Shown in pieces: positions 11,118 through 21,729 of a DNA stretch of 64,000 nt. A program made the translations under genes and the position numbers. How positions within the stretch are numbered: the first letter of the stretch is position 1; every line of letters begins with the position of its first letter. The notes beneath the pieces are model-generated. The model had not been told where the DNA came from. It searched no databases and worked only from the letters and a program-made list of their open reading frames with translations. This DNA is from an uncultured Gammaproteobacteria bacterium (lineage in GTDB: Bacteria > Pseudomonadota > Gammaproteobacteria > Ga0077536), in contig CALKCL010000014.1 of the NCBI GenBank assembly GCA_938082545.1, positions 12,286-76,285 on the forward strand. The letters are read 5' to 3'.

Positions 11118-12392
11118 ATGGAATATAAAAAAGTAATTAGTCCAGATGTAGAAGGTTACGTTTTAAGTGCCGCTAAATCTGCTTTTGAAGTGAAGCGAGA
11201 GTTTTCTCAAGCTACGACAGCAATGAAAAACAACGCCCTTCGCTTAATGGCTGCAGCCATAGGCGATCGGAAAAATGAAATTTTAGATGCGAATAGAACC
11301 GATTTGGCAAATGCGGACACCATTGAGCCTGCCTTGTTAGAGCGGTTAGAGCTGACAGAAAAAAGAGTATCCCAAATGATGAATGGAATTTTATCTGTTG
11401 TGGAATTAGCTGATCCAGTTGGTGCGATATCTCGTTTGGAGAGACGTCCGTCCGGCATAGAAGTTGGCCGCATGCGAGTGCCTTTAGGCATGATAGGTGT
11501 TATTTATGAGGCCCGTCCTGCGGTGACTGCAGACGTTTCGGCATTGGCTATAAAGTCCGGCAATGTAGCATTATTGAAGGGAGGGTCAGAGGCTCAATTT
11601 TCTAACCAAGTTATAGCGCATTGTGTTCAGGCAGGACTCTCGGCTTCAGGACTTCCTGCGTCTGGGATCATGTCTCTTGATACAACTGATCGTCGAGCTG
11701 TTGGTGCAATGTTGACACTCAATCAATACATTGATGTGATTGTGCCTCGAGGAGGTAAAGGTTTGTGTCAGAGAGTGGCTACGGAAGCGACGATGCCTTC
11801 CATTCAGCACTTGGATGGCGTCTGCCACGTTTACTTAGACGACTCTGCAGAAATAGACAAAGCAATTGCGATTGCGATAAATGCTAAGACGCAACGGTAT
11901 GGGACTTGTAACACTATGGAGACATTGTTGGCAACTCCTGCCGCGGCTTCTAGAATTTTCCCTAAACTTTTAGAAGAATTTATATTAAGAGAAGTGGAAT
12001 TACGAGGCTGTTCGCGTACTAGAGAATTTTCGGAAGCAGTGATCGAAGCGACTGAAGAGGACTGGTATACGGAATATTTAGCGCCAATTTTGTCTGTCAA
12101 GATAGTAGATAACATAGATGAAGCGATGGCACACATTGCGAAGTATGGCTCTGGGCATTCCGAGGCTATTGTTACGGAAAGTATATCTTTGGCCAGGAAG
12201 TTTCTGAACGAAGTAGACTCAAGTTCGGTAATAGTAAATGCTTCAACTCGTTTTGCGGACGGTTTCGAGTACGGTTTAGGCGCTGAGATGGGCATTAGCA
12301 CGAGCAAATTTCATGCCAGAGGTCCGGTCGGCTTAGAAGGCTTGACGTCAGAAAAATGGGTAGTCATTGGTAACGGCCAGATTCGAGAGTAA
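11118..12392 (+). CDS. proA: Gamma-glutamyl phosphate reductase
   Basis: VPLGMIGVIYEARP, NASTRFADGFEYGLGAEMGIST and HARGPVGL motifs; start at ATG 11118. Confidence 0.96.
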   Translation: MEYKKVISPDVEGYVLSAAKSAFEVKREFSQATTAMKNNALRLMAAAIGDRKNEILDANRTDLANADTIEPALLERLELTEKRVSQMMNGILSVVELADPVGAISRLERRPSGIEVGRMRVPLGMIGVIYEARPAVTADVSALAIKSGNVALLKGGSEAQFSNQVIAHCVQAGLSASGLPASGIMSLDTTDRRAVGAMLTLNQYIDVIVPRGGKGLCQRVATEATMPSIQHLDGVCHVYLDDSAEIDKAIAIAINAKTQRYGTCNTMETLLATPAAASRIFPKLLEEFILREVELRGCSRTREFSEAVIEATEEDWYTEYLAPILSVKIVDNIDEAMAHIAKYGSGHSEAIVTESISLARKFLNEVDSSSVIVNASTRFADGFEYGLGAEMGISTSKFHARGPVGLEGLTSEKWVVIGNGQIRE

Positions 12393-12427
12393 GGATTCAT
12401 GTTTTTGATTTATTCAGCTGGGGCTTC

Positions 12428-13066
12428 GTGATAATTGGTCCCCCAATAGGGGTGTTAGGAGGCAGCTTTGACCCCGTACATTGCGGGCACCTTCACATAG
12501 CTAAGGAAGCCTATAACGCAGCTGGTTTATCAGAAGTTCGATTTGTACCTTTAAACCTCCCAGCCCATAAGCAATCTTCGGCGACAGGTACTGCTGATAA
12601 ATGTGCTATGTTGCGGGCCGCGATGGCTCCGCCTTTCGTATTAGATTTAGTTGAGATCGAGCGAGGTGGAGTCAGTTACACTATAGATACTTTAAAGCAA
12701 TTGAGATCTACTTTTCCTGGTAGGCCGCTTTGCTTGGTTCTGGGTAAAGATGCTTTTATTCATCTGGCTTCTTGGAAAGACTATCTAAAGCTGCTTGATT
12801 TCTGCCATCTAGTGGTGGTGTCTCGGGCTGAAGTTGAAGCAAAAATTCCTGATGAGGTAGCATTAATTATTAAGGATATCGTTGTCGATGAGAGTGACGA
12901 CCTGCACAATAACCTTTCAGGTAAGGTTTTCTTTGTAGACGCCCCGTTGGTAGAGATATCATCCAGCTCCGTCCGAGAGAAATTATTTAAGAAACAGTCT
13001 ATCTATGGGTTAGTACCGGATTCAGTGTTAGATATTATTAATAACAAGGGTTTATATCGAGGATGA
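12428..13066 (+). CDS. nadD: Nicotinate-nucleotide adenylyltransferase
   Basis: GGSFDPVHCGH, SYTIDTL and ISSS motifs. Confidence 0.93.
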   Translation: MIIGPPIGVLGGSFDPVHCGHLHIAKEAYNAAGLSEVRFVPLNLPAHKQSSATGTADKCAMLRAAMAPPFVLDLVEIERGGVSYTIDTLKQLRSTFPGRPLCLVLGKDAFIHLASWKDYLKLLDFCHLVVVSRAEVEAKIPDEVALIIKDIVVDESDDLHNNLSGKVFFVDAPLVEISSSSVREKLFKKQSIYGLVPDSVLDIINNKGLYRG

Positions 13067-13413
13067 AAAATACTGAGAAAACTGCAGATAGCTTGAAAGA
13101 TTTGATGTCACAAGGCTTGCTAGATGGAAAGGCCTTGGATGTGAAATCGTTTGACGTGCGGGGACTATCTAGCATCGCAGATTTTATGTTGATCGCGTCG
13201 GGCCAGTCGACTAGGCAGGTAAAAGCACTAAGTGAGCGCGTTTGTATGGATGCCAAGGCCGCGGGGTATAGTATCCTCGGGACGGAAGGCGAGAACACCT
13301 GCCAATGGGTTTTGGTTGATGCAGGGGATGTGCTTGTCCACATAATGCACCCGGATGCGAGAGAGTTTTATCAATTGGAACGCTTGTGGTCGGATTATTC
13401 CGCTGGCCACTAG
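13063..13413 (+). CDS. rsfS: Ribosome silencing factor RsfS (Iojap)
   Basis: IASGQSTRQV, WVLVDAGDVLVH and REFYQLERLW motifs. Confidence 0.94.
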   Translation: MKNTEKTADSLKDLMSQGLLDGKALDVKSFDVRGLSSIADFMLIASGQSTRQVKALSERVCMDAKAAGYSILGTEGENTCQWVLVDAGDVLVHIMHPDAREFYQLERLWSDYSAGH

Positions 13414-13431
13414 GGACTGGTTGGTTGCGAG

Positions 13432-13896
13432 ATGATATTCACCGTCTACTGTGTTTCTCACCGCCCGTCTTCTTGGGTAAAGCTAGCTATTGCAGATTAT
13501 AAGAAAAGGCTACCTAGGAACTTCACGTTTGAACTTGTTTACGTTTCCCCCTCTTCTCATAGCTCTAACTCTGAAGTACGTATGCGCGAAGAAGGGGAAC
13601 GTCTGTTAAAGGCAATCCCAAAGCAGACTTACTTAGTTTCTCTTGAAGTGTCCGGAAAGCCATTATCAACAGAGGCGCTAGTCAAAAAAATGACCTATTT
13701 TCAAGAGGAATGGCCAAAAGTAGCTATAGCTATAGGTGGTGCGGATGGCCTATCGTCAAATGTTGTAGATAGGAGCAAGGAGTCATGGTCTTTGTCGGCG
13801 TTAACATTACCCCATCAAGTGGTTCAAGTTGTGCTGGCAGAGCAGGTTTATCGAGGGTGGAGTATCTTACAAAGACATCCCTATCATAGGGCATGA
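13432..13896 (+). CDS. rlmH: 23S rRNA pseudouridine(1915)-N3 methyltransferase
   Basis: IGGADGL, SLSALTLPH, EQVYR and C-terminal HPYHR motifs. Confidence 0.95.
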   Translation: MIFTVYCVSHRPSSWVKLAIADYKKRLPRNFTFELVYVSPSSHSSNSEVRMREEGERLLKAIPKQTYLVSLEVSGKPLSTEALVKKMTYFQEEWPKVAIAIGGADGLSSNVVDRSKESWSLSALTLPHQVVQVVLAEQVYRGWSILQRHPYHRA

Positions 13897-13900
13897 CGGG

Positions 13901-14482
13901 ATGCTGGTATTAGCCTCTAACTCCGAAAGACGCAGAGACTTTATGACACTGCTTGGGGTGAAATTTACTATTCATAGCCCTGATGTGGACGAAACTGTAA
14001 ACGTAAGAGAAACCCCTAAAGATTACGTGTTGCGAGTTGCATTAGCCAAGGCAAAAGCAGTCAAAGGTAAATCAAAATCCAATACTAAAGTTTTAGCTGC
14101 CGATACTGCGGTTTGCTTGGATGGAAAAATTCTTGGTAAGCCTGTAGGGAAAGCCCATGCATTAGAGATGTACCAGCGTTTGGCTGGCCGGTGGCATGAT
14201 GTTCATACCGGCGTTGCTTTTATTGGCTCGCAGGGACAGATAGAAACTTTCGTGGTGACGTCTCAAGTAGAAATTGCTTGCATGGACAGTGCCGTCTGGG
14301 AGGCTTATTGGGATTCGGGTGAGCCGCAAGGAAAAGCGGGAGGCTATGCGATACAAGGTCTGGGAGGTGCTTTTGTTAGGAAGGTATCAGGAAGTTATTC
14401 TTCAGTGGTGGGGCTACCCTTAGTAGAGACGGTGGAGCTGTTCAATAGAATGGGGATCCCTCATAAATTTAGCGGTGGCTGA
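13901..14482 (+). CDS. maf: Maf family nucleoside triphosphate pyrophosphatase (YhdE type)
   Basis: LVLASNSERR, AADT, ILGKP, KAGGYAIQG and SVVGLP motifs; start at ATG 13901. Confidence 0.92.
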   Translation: MLVLASNSERRRDFMTLLGVKFTIHSPDVDETVNVRETPKDYVLRVALAKAKAVKGKSKSNTKVLAADTAVCLDGKILGKPVGKAHALEMYQRLAGRWHDVHTGVAFIGSQGQIETFVVTSQVEIACMDSAVWEAYWDSGEPQGKAGGYAIQGLGGAFVRKVSGSYSSVVGLPLVETVELFNRMGIPHKFSGG

Positions 14483-14518
14483 ATTTATGAGAGATCCCTA
14501 ATAACTTAGCTGTTAGAC

Positions 14519-16537
14519 CTACAGTAGAGGGATCATTAATAAAGCGACGATGTTAATGATCTTAATCAGCGGGTTAATAGCTGGCCCTGCTGTGTCCTTG
14601 TAAGGATCGCCTACGGTATCGCCAGTAACAGCCGCTTTGTGAGCTTCTGATCCCTTTCCGCCGCAGTTTCCATCTTCTATGTATTTTTTCGCATTATCCC
14701 AAGCGCCACCGCCGGTGGTCATTGAGATAGCTAAGAAAAGTCCTGTGACTATAGTTCCTATCAGGAGACCTCCAAGTGCCTTGGGCCCAAGTATTAGTCC
14801 CACAAGCACTGGGAGTACTACTGGAAGCAACGAAGGGACGATCATTTCTTTGATAGCCGCTTTGGTGAGTAGATCAACCGCCCGTGAGTAATCTGGCTTC
14901 CCAGTACCTTCCATAATCCCTGGAATTTCTTTGAATTGTCTTCTTACCTCATGCACGACTGATGCAGCGGCTCGGCCTACTGCTTCCATTCCCATGGCTG
15001 CAAAAAGAAACGGGATCATTCCGCCCAAAAATAGTCCGATAATTACTTCGTGGTCAGATAAAAGAAACTGGACTCCTTTTCCAGCCGCCTCAAGCCCAGC
15101 AGTATAGTCAGCAAATAAGACCAAGGCCGCCAAGGCAGCTGAGCCAATCGCATAGCCTTTAGTAACAGCTTTAGTAGTGTTACCTACAGCATCAAGCTTA
15201 TCTGTGATCACGCGAATTTCACTTGGGAGGTCAGACATTTCGGCAATACCGCCGGCATTGTCTGTAATAGGACCAAATGCGTCTAGAGCGACGATAATTC
15301 CTGTCATTGACAGCATCGACGTTGCGGCTATCGCAATACCATAAAGTCCTGCCCATGCATGAGCATAGTAAATACTGGCGCAGATAACTATGACCGGAAC
15401 AGCACAAGCTTTCATAGAAACACCGAGACCCGCAATCATATTGGTAGCGTGACCGGTTTCAGATGCTTTCGCTATATGTTTCACGGGAGCGTATTCAGTT
15501 CCAGTGTAGTACTCAGTTATTAATACAAGAGCCGCTGTTAAGAGGAGACCTATTATGGCGCAGGCGAATAATCCGTTAGCTTGGGCCGGCATTAATTCTT
15601 GAGTAATTGGATAAAACGCTGCACCCGCTATGACCGCGGCAGCAATTAAACCTTTATAAAGCGCGCCCATTACGCTGCCGTCTTCTTTAGATCTGACGAA
15701 GAAACACCCAATAATTGAAGCTAAGATAGATACGCCACCAAGCACCAACGGATAGATTACAGCATTGGTTCCCAATGTATCGATCATAAGGTGGCCTAAC
15801 AGCATTGTAGCTATTACTGTCACCGCATAGGTTTCGAAGAGATCTGCAGCCATACCTGCGCAATCCCCAACATTATCTCCAACATTATCCGCTATGACAG
15901 CCGGGTTTCTTGGGTCGTCTTCTGGGATACCCGCTTCAACCTTCCCGACGAGATCTGCTCCAACATCAGCACCTTTGGTGAAAATTCCACCGCCGAGTCG
16001 GGCAAAAATTGAAATGAGTGAACCGCCGAACGCAAGACCAATTAGTGGGTGGATGTCTCCCTCAGCTCCGCCTAGGTAGGCGTAGTATCCTGCGACGCCA
16101 AGCAATCCCAAGCCAACCACGAGTAGACCTGTGATTGCGCCTCCACGAAATGCGACCTGCAGGGCAGCATTCATGCCAGTTTTAGCGGCTTCAGCCGTTC
16201 TGAGGTTAGAGCGAACTGAGATATTCATACCAATGTAGCCTGCAACGCCGGATAAAACAGCACCGACTAGAAATCCGATTGCTGTGGGTCCTCCTATAGC
16301 GAGCCATAGGGCAACAAACAAAACTACCCCGACAACACTGATGGCCATATATTGGCGATTTAGGTATGCGTTAGCTCCTTCCTGAATAGCCGCTGCAATT
16401 TCTCGCATACGGTCGTTACCTTGCGGTTGAGCAAGTATCCAGCGTACGGAGATAGCACCGTAAACTAGGGCTGCTACACCGCAAAGAATAGAAAATGATA
16501 AAGCGTTGTCGGATATGTGCGTTAAAAGTGCATCCAT
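14519..16537 (-). CDS. hppA: Membrane-bound proton-translocating pyrophosphatase, K+-independent type
   Basis: [20 protein letters not shown] and [10 protein letters not shown] motifs. GNTTKA has Lys at the K+-dependence signature position. Confidence 0.95.
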   Translation of the reverse strand: MDALLTHISDNALSFSILCGVAALVYGAISVRWILAQPQGNDRMREIAAAIQEGANAYLNRQYMAISVVGVVLFVALWLAIGGPTAIGFLVGAVLSGVAGYIGMNISVRSNLRTAEAAKTGMNAALQVAFRGGAITGLLVVGLGLLGVAGYYAYLGGAEGDIHPLIGLAFGGSLISIFARLGGGIFTKGADVGADLVGKVEAGIPEDDPRNPAVIADNVGDNVGDCAGMAADLFETYAVTVIATMLLGHLMIDTLGTNAVIYPLVLGGVSILASIIGCFFVRSKEDGSVMGALYKGLIAAAVIAGAAFYPITQELMPAQANGLFACAIIGLLLTAALVLITEYYTGTEYAPVKHIAKASETGHATNMIAGLGVSMKACAVPVIVICASIYYAHAWAGLYGIAIAATSMLSMTGIIVALDAFGPITDNAGGIAEMSDLPSEIRVITDKLDAVGNTTKAVTKGYAIGSAALAALVLFADYTAGLEAAGKGVQFLLSDHEVIIGLFLGGMIPFLFAAMGMEAVGRAAASVVHEVRRQFKEIPGIMEGTGKPDYSRAVDLLTKAAIKEMIVPSLLPVVLPVLVGLILGPKALGGLLIGTIVTGLFLAISMTTGGGAWDNAKKYIEDGNCGGKGSEAHKAAVTGDTVGDPYKDTAGPAINPLIKIINIVALLMIPLL

Positions 16538-16616
16538 TGATAGAGGCCCCTGACGTTATGGTGGTTTAAAAAACGAGTAAATATTATTGAATATGGCACG
16601 AATGCCAGTTCAGGTT

Positions 16617-17915
16617 TTACTTGAGCGGCGATATTGTACTTTTATTCCCGCCCAGATCAAAATCCTCTTTGATTTTTTTTGCTACGGGTTTGTTTTGGAG
16701 CCTCACGTAGTCTGGGAGGCCATCTGTATATGGTGGGTAATCTTCGCCCATGATCAGCGGACTTAGGTAGTCTTTGCATGCAGTAGTAATTCCAAACCCG
16801 TCTTCTGTGATGTAATGCCTAGGTAGTTTTTTCTCGATATTTGCAACGTTCACGAGCTCAGTGTGGCTAATAGACCAACTATAAGGTTTGGACGAAGCTC
16901 TCACTATAATAGGCATGACCGCATTCTTTCCTGCTAGCGCCATCTCGACCGCAGCAGCGCCGAGTGCATACGCTTGCTCCACATCTGTTTTAGACGCTAT
17001 GTGCCTGGCTGCTCTTTGCAGATAGTCAGCAACTGCCCAATGGTATTTTAAACCTAGATTTTTCTGGATTAAAGTCGCGATTACTGGAGCAGCCCCACCT
17101 AGCTGAGAATGTCCAAATGCATCAGTTAGCCCAGAGTCAGCTAAAAACGCTCCATTTTTTCGCCTCACCCCCTCAGATACGACAACCGCGCAATATCCGT
17201 ATTCGTTGACGCAATGATCAACTTTTGCAAGGAATTTCTTCTCATCAAATTCTATTTCGGGAAAAAGTATGATGTGAGGAGCATCACCATCTTGATTAGA
17301 AGCAAGCCCACCGGCTGCTGCGATCCAGCCAGCATGACGTCCCATTACTTCAAGGACAAACACTTTTGTGGATGTTCTAGACATGGATGCAACATCAAAA
17401 CCTGCCTCCTTAATAGAGACAGCGACATATTTAGCTACAGAGCCAAATCCAGGGCAGTTATCGGTAATAGGCAAGTCATTATCGACAGTTTTAGGAATGC
17501 CGATGCATGTCAGAGGGTAGTCATTTTCTAGACTAAAAGTAGCAACCTTATTAGTTGTGTCCTGTGAATCCCCTCCCCCATTATAGAAAAAATACTTTAT
17601 ATTGTGAGCCTTGAATACCTCAATTAGTCTCGCGTATTCAGTAGAATTTTCTTTTGGATCTTTTAGCTTGTGGCGACACGATCCGAAAGCACCGGCAGGA
17701 GTATGCCTAAGTGCGGCTATTGCTGAAGAGCTTTCAAAAGATGTATCAATTAAGTCTTCTGTTAAAGCACCAATAATGCCATTTCGCCCTGCAAATACCT
17801 TTCCTATTTCTTGGTTTTCTCTGCAAGCTTCGATGACACCACAGGCAGAAGCATTTATTACAGCGGTTACCCCTCCTGACTGAGCATAAAAGGCATTTGG
17901 TTTTTCTTCAGTCAT
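16617..17915 (-). CDS. pfp: 6-phosphofructokinase, probably PPi-dependent
   Basis: AQSGG, NGGGDS, PKTVDND and EVMGRHAGW motifs. Asp and Lys occupy the two phosphoryl-donor signature positions. Confidence 0.85.
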   Translation of the reverse strand: MTEEKPNAFYAQSGGVTAVINASACGVIEACRENQEIGKVFAGRNGIIGALTEDLIDTSFESSSAIAALRHTPAGAFGSCRHKLKDPKENSTEYARLIEVFKAHNIKYFFYNGGGDSQDTTNKVATFSLENDYPLTCIGIPKTVDNDLPITDNCPGFGSVAKYVAVSIKEAGFDVASMSRTSTKVFVLEVMGRHAGWIAAAGGLASNQDGDAPHIILFPEIEFDEKKFLAKVDHCVNEYGYCAVVVSEGVRRKNGAFLADSGLTDAFGHSQLGGAAPVIATLIQKNLGLKYHWAVADYLQRAARHIASKTDVEQAYALGAAAVEMALAGKNAVMPIIVRASSKPYSWSISHTELVNVANIEKKLPRHYITEDGFGITTACKDYLSPLIMGEDYPPYTDGLPDYVRLQNKPVAKKIKEDFDLGGNKSTISPLK

Positions 17916-18073
17916 AAATTTGCTCGCACTCCGGGTATTTTTTGTATAAATGTAGGTTACAGACTCCTAGCTATCGGTATAGGGCTTCTATTTCGATCAG
18001 GTTACAATATTTTAAGCTAATTTTCCTGCTCTAAGTGTTAACCTTACGTCTTGCGGATAAAAATGTTGGGAAC

Positions 18074-19534
18074 ATGAATATGGTGCGTTCGTTAAAGGGT
18101 TTTGTGCTGGTAGCGATGTTTGTGTTTTGCAATTTTGTTAGTAGCCAAGAGAATATTGATTTACCTGACTTTGGTGATTCTGCTGGGGCAATAATTTCGC
18201 CAGCTCAGGAGCGTAAACTTGGGGAAAATTTCGTACGTCAAATGAGAAAGCTCATGCCTCTCGTAGTTGATGAGGAAATTGAGGACTACATTCGAGGCCT
18301 TGGGGAAAATTTAGCTGAAAATGCTGGCTATTATGGTGACTTTCAGTTTTTTGTTATTGATAGCCCTGTTATAAACGCATTTGCTGTACCAGGCGGATTT
18401 GTAGCCTTTCACACGGGTTTGATATTAGAAACCGAGCATGAAGCTGAGCTCGCATCTGTCATGGGACACGAAATTGCGCACGTAACACAACGGCACGGAG
18501 CTCGAATGATAGAAGCGGGCGCACGAATGAATATGCCGTCTATTGCGGCTATGTTCGCTGCGATAGCTTTAACGGCGGTAAATCCTGAGGCAGGGATGGC
18601 AGCTTTAATGGCGACGCAGGCTGCGGCGCAACAATACCAAATAAATTTCACCAGAGAGAATGAGCAAGAAGCAGATTCCATAGGAATTCGACTAATGGCA
18701 GATGCTGGTTACGACACATCAAAAATGTCAACGTTTTTTGACAAAATGATGAGAGCAAATCGCTATAGTGATCCGCATTATATTCCCGAATATCTGCGGA
18801 CTCACCCTATCACGATCAACCGAATATCTGCGGCATTTAGTCGCGCAAAAACTGTGCGACCTGAGATAGCGAGGGAAGATAGTTATAGCTATCACTTGGT
18901 AAAAGCTAAGCTACAGGTGCGTGGTGCCCCTGATCCTGCTCAAGCTGTTAGAGCTTTTGAGTCTATCTTGAAGGATCGCAGATATATTTATGAGGAAGTG
19001 GCGCGTTACGGCTATGCCTTGGCACTAACAGAAGCTGGTAATTTCCCTAAGGCTAGGGTGGAGATTGAAAACTTAATGGGACAGTTTCCGACAGTGGTAT
19101 CGTATCGGATCGCAGCGGGTGCGCTCGAAAAAAGAGCTCGTGATTACCCTAGATCAGCTGCTACTTTCAAGGGCGCTTACGAGCTAGAGCCGGAGAACCG
19201 CGCGGCTGTTTACGGCTATGTTGACGCATTAAATACACTAGGCCGAGCAGAGCATGCAAAGACCATTCTTAGTGAGTACGGGCTGTCTGATAGGAGGGAT
19301 CCAAGGTATTTTAACCTCTTAGCTCAAGCAGAACATTTATTAGGGCAGAAGGTTAAAGAGCATTCAGCGTTGGCCGAGTATTACCTTAGTGTCGGTCAGT
19401 TCCCCCATGCCGCAGAGCAGCTCCGGCTGGCTCGTCGGACCAAGGGCTTAAGTAATTATCAGCGGCAAAAGCTTCTCTATAGACTAGATGAGGTAGAGCA
19501 GATTATTTTGGATTTAGAAACACCTCGGCGATAG
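18074..19534 (+). CDS. bepA: M48 family metalloprotease with TPR repeats (BepA/YfgC)
   Basis: Signal peptide, LPDFGDSA, INAFAVPGG, HEIAH zinc motif, FTRENEQEAD, LRTHP, C-terminal TPRs. Confidence 0.9.
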   Translation: MNMVRSLKGFVLVAMFVFCNFVSSQENIDLPDFGDSAGAIISPAQERKLGENFVRQMRKLMPLVVDEEIEDYIRGLGENLAENAGYYGDFQFFVIDSPVINAFAVPGGFVAFHTGLILETEHEAELASVMGHEIAHVTQRHGARMIEAGARMNMPSIAAMFAAIALTAVNPEAGMAALMATQAAAQQYQINFTRENEQEADSIGIRLMADAGYDTSKMSTFFDKMMRANRYSDPHYIPEYLRTHPITINRISAAFSRAKTVRPEIAREDSYSYHLVKAKLQVRGAPDPAQAVRAFESILKDRRYIYEEVARYGYALALTEAGNFPKARVEIENLMGQFPTVVSYRIAAGALEKRARDYPRSAATFKGAYELEPENRAAVYGYVDALNTLGRAEHAKTILSEYGLSDRRDPRYFNLLAQAEHLLGQKVKEHSALAEYYLSVGQFPHAAEQLRLARRTKGLSNYQRQKLLYRLDEVEQIILDLETPRR

Positions 19535-19646
19535 TTTTTGTATGCTTTAAAAAGATTCTCAATAAACTCCAAGAGAAGATAAAAATCTGACCTCACAGCA
19601 ATGACATATAAGCATCTGTTTTAATTGCTATTGATTTTATAATGGG

Positions 19647-21494
19647 TTAGTTAACTGCGGGGTCAAATTTAGGCTGTGGTGGATTTTGGCTCATGTCATG
19701 ATCGCAAGCCGTCAGTTCACTGATCTTTTCTTTCAGCTCACAGAGATGGTTTTCGTATAATCCGCGGGGAGTTGTTTCTAAGTCGATGCAGAGCTTGGCT
19801 GCTGCTGCTGCTGCCACACCATGCTGTGCCCCATTACCCATATGCTTAGTTGCGGATCCTGCAACGTGCGTCACGCTTATATGCTTACCTGCAGCCATCA
19901 GATTGTTTATGTTAGCGGAGTAGAGGCATCTAAATGGTATGGTGTAGGGCTGTTCATCTCGATTGTCCCAGATCCAATCCTTGAGTCGAAAATCATACTT
20001 CCCTTCACCGTCTTCCCAGGCGCAATGTACACAAAATGCACCATCGTTGGCTATGACTGCGTCATCGAACGTACGGTGTTCTGTGATATCGACTTCGCTT
20101 AATACATAGTCCCCTTTATATCGACAAAACTCACCTTGTGCTGCGACGTGAGCCATCCATTCGAATCTTAAGTTGGCATGCGCCTTGGGCTCAAGTCCCT
20201 TGACGTTAGAAAATGTGCCATAAAGTGCTCGCATGAGATAATCACGCACCATTTCCCCTGATGTATACGGGTCAAGCCATTGCCCATATTCCCAAAAATG
20301 AGTTGCAGGGAAAGTATCGTTTTTACTACCAAAACGAAACTCCGGAGTGGGTGGATTGTTGCCAGCCACTGGGCCTCGACCATTTTCTACTCCTGGCTTG
20401 ACGAGTTGACCACTCAAATTTGCATAATCTTTGGAGATCTCTGTCGCCCAAGGCACCTCAGGGAATGGTACTGGTTTATCCGCCATACTTGTCCGAAAAA
20501 ATAGTGTATTCCCATGATGCATATGATCCGCATCTTTCGGTGCATAGTTTTCTCCATATTCTGACTGAGCCTCTCGACCGAACATGGTCTGAGCTCCGCT
20601 TAGAATAGCTAGCTGTGCGACCCCCGAGGCGTCGATGAAAACTTTACCTGAAATCCGAATTTCGACTCCACCTCGGGCTGCCACCGCATCCACACTTATA
20701 ATTTTGTTGTTTTCCATCTCGGCATGGAAAACGCGTTGCTCAAGAAAAATCGTGGCGTTGCTCTCGCCCTGGAGAATTTGCAGAGCCATTAAATCTCCGT
20801 CTGGAGTGCGCTTGCCTATCTCCTGTAGAACTGAACCTTGGGTACCGCGAGGCATTAGACCGATTTCTTTACTGGCATTTCCTCCTAGAACTGGTCTGTC
20901 ATGAATAAGTGCAACGCTTAAACCCAATCTTGCAGCTGATAGAGCCGCTGCGCAACCTGATATTCCTCCCCCGACTACGACTACATCAAAACTACCTGCC
21001 TCTTTAGGCGAGGGTGACAGTCCGCGTAGTTTCTTACGCCATTGGCGAGCATTTTCATCAACCATAACCGGCGGTGAAATGTCATCAGCACTGAAGTAGA
21101 TCGCGTCGCATCGTCCGTCGAAACCGGTCAAATCATGCAGAGTAAGCTTCACTTTGCCCGTCGGCAAGTCCACGTGGCCTGCAGCTTCCCACGACCAATC
21201 CTTGCCGTTTGCAGCAAATTCATGATCGACTGGGACATCATTAATAAAAAGCTGGAAGCGGCCTGGAGCATGACCGGGGACCCAGTCTTTAGCGCGGACA
21301 AAAAGTTTATATTGACCGCCTATTTCAACTTCAATAGTTGTCGTAGCATCCGCTACTGGACGTCCTAGTCCATGAGCCAAAAGATAGGGAGAGCCCATTA
21401 TTGCTTCAAATTGCGAGTCGATTGTCCAGCCACCGATATCGTCGAAATCCTCTGCCTCAACAAGAATATTTGCAGATTGCATTTTTTTACCCAT
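19647..21494 (-). CDS. FAD-dependent oxidoreductase (PF12831-like) with an extra N-terminal beta-rich domain
   Basis: DVVVVGGGISG Rossmann motif, LGGNAS, FIDASG and IPFRCLYS..INNL motifs. N-terminal VEAEDF domain. Start is ATG 21494 or 21482; the extension to 21656 is unlikely. Confidence 0.75.
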   Translation of the reverse strand: MGKKMQSANILVEAEDFDDIGGWTIDSQFEAIMGSPYLLAHGLGRPVADATTTIEVEIGGQYKLFVRAKDWVPGHAPGRFQLFINDVPVDHEFAANGKDWSWEAAGHVDLPTGKVKLTLHDLTGFDGRCDAIYFSADDISPPVMVDENARQWRKKLRGLSPSPKEAGSFDVVVVGGGISGCAAALSAARLGLSVALIHDRPVLGGNASKEIGLMPRGTQGSVLQEIGKRTPDGDLMALQILQGESNATIFLEQRVFHAEMENNKIISVDAVAARGGVEIRISGKVFIDASGVAQLAILSGAQTMFGREAQSEYGENYAPKDADHMHHGNTLFFRTSMADKPVPFPEVPWATEISKDYANLSGQLVKPGVENGRGPVAGNNPPTPEFRFGSKNDTFPATHFWEYGQWLDPYTSGEMVRDYLMRALYGTFSNVKGLEPKAHANLRFEWMAHVAAQGEFCRYKGDYVLSEVDITEHRTFDDAVIANDGAFCVHCAWEDGEGKYDFRLKDWIWDNRDEQPYTIPFRCLYSANINNLMAAGKHISVTHVAGSATKHMGNGAQHGVAAAAAAKLCIDLETTPRGLYENHLCELKEKISELTACDHDMSQNPPQPKFDPAVN

Positions 21495-21700
21495 GATTTT
21501 TGTTTGCTTCTCCTGATGTGCGAAAATTATGAGCGAAACTAAAATAGAATAATTAGATTGTGACTGATATTGTCTAGAAGAGCACTTAATTTTTAAGTAG
21601 AGATTATTGAGCTCCAGCACTAAAGCATGGAAAAATCCGAATGCAAAAGGATGCAAGAAAGTTATTTCAAATTAGATAATGTGTTAGAGACGCTGAAAGA

Positions 21701-21729
21701 CTAAAACCCTTATTTATTGCGGGTTTTAG
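21701..21729 (-). terminator. Hairpin downstream of tRNA-Lys (probable terminator)
   Basis: CTAAAACCC-11 nt-GGGTTTTAG perfect 9-bp inverted repeat about 40 nt past the tRNA 3' end; followed by TCTTTC on the minus strand. Confidence 0.55.

Noticed and set aside
16594..16609. Sigma-54 promoter (TGGCACG) near hppA
   Set aside because: The -12 TTGC is missing at the required spacing, and the motif faces antisense to pfp.
19535..19646. attR-type duplication of the tRNA-Lys 3' end bounding the islet
   Set aside because: No copy of TGGTGGGCCGTG or similar was found between bepA and the oxidoreductase.
19798..19815. (GCT)n microsatellite
   Set aside because: It simply encodes the AAAAAA helix of the oxidoreductase; an in-frame triplet repeat, not a phase-variation tract.
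21495..21656. 54-aa N-terminal extension of the FAD oxidoreductase
   Set aside because: AT-rich, intergenic-like sequence. An AGGAG-like RBS lies inside it, upstream of ATG 21494.
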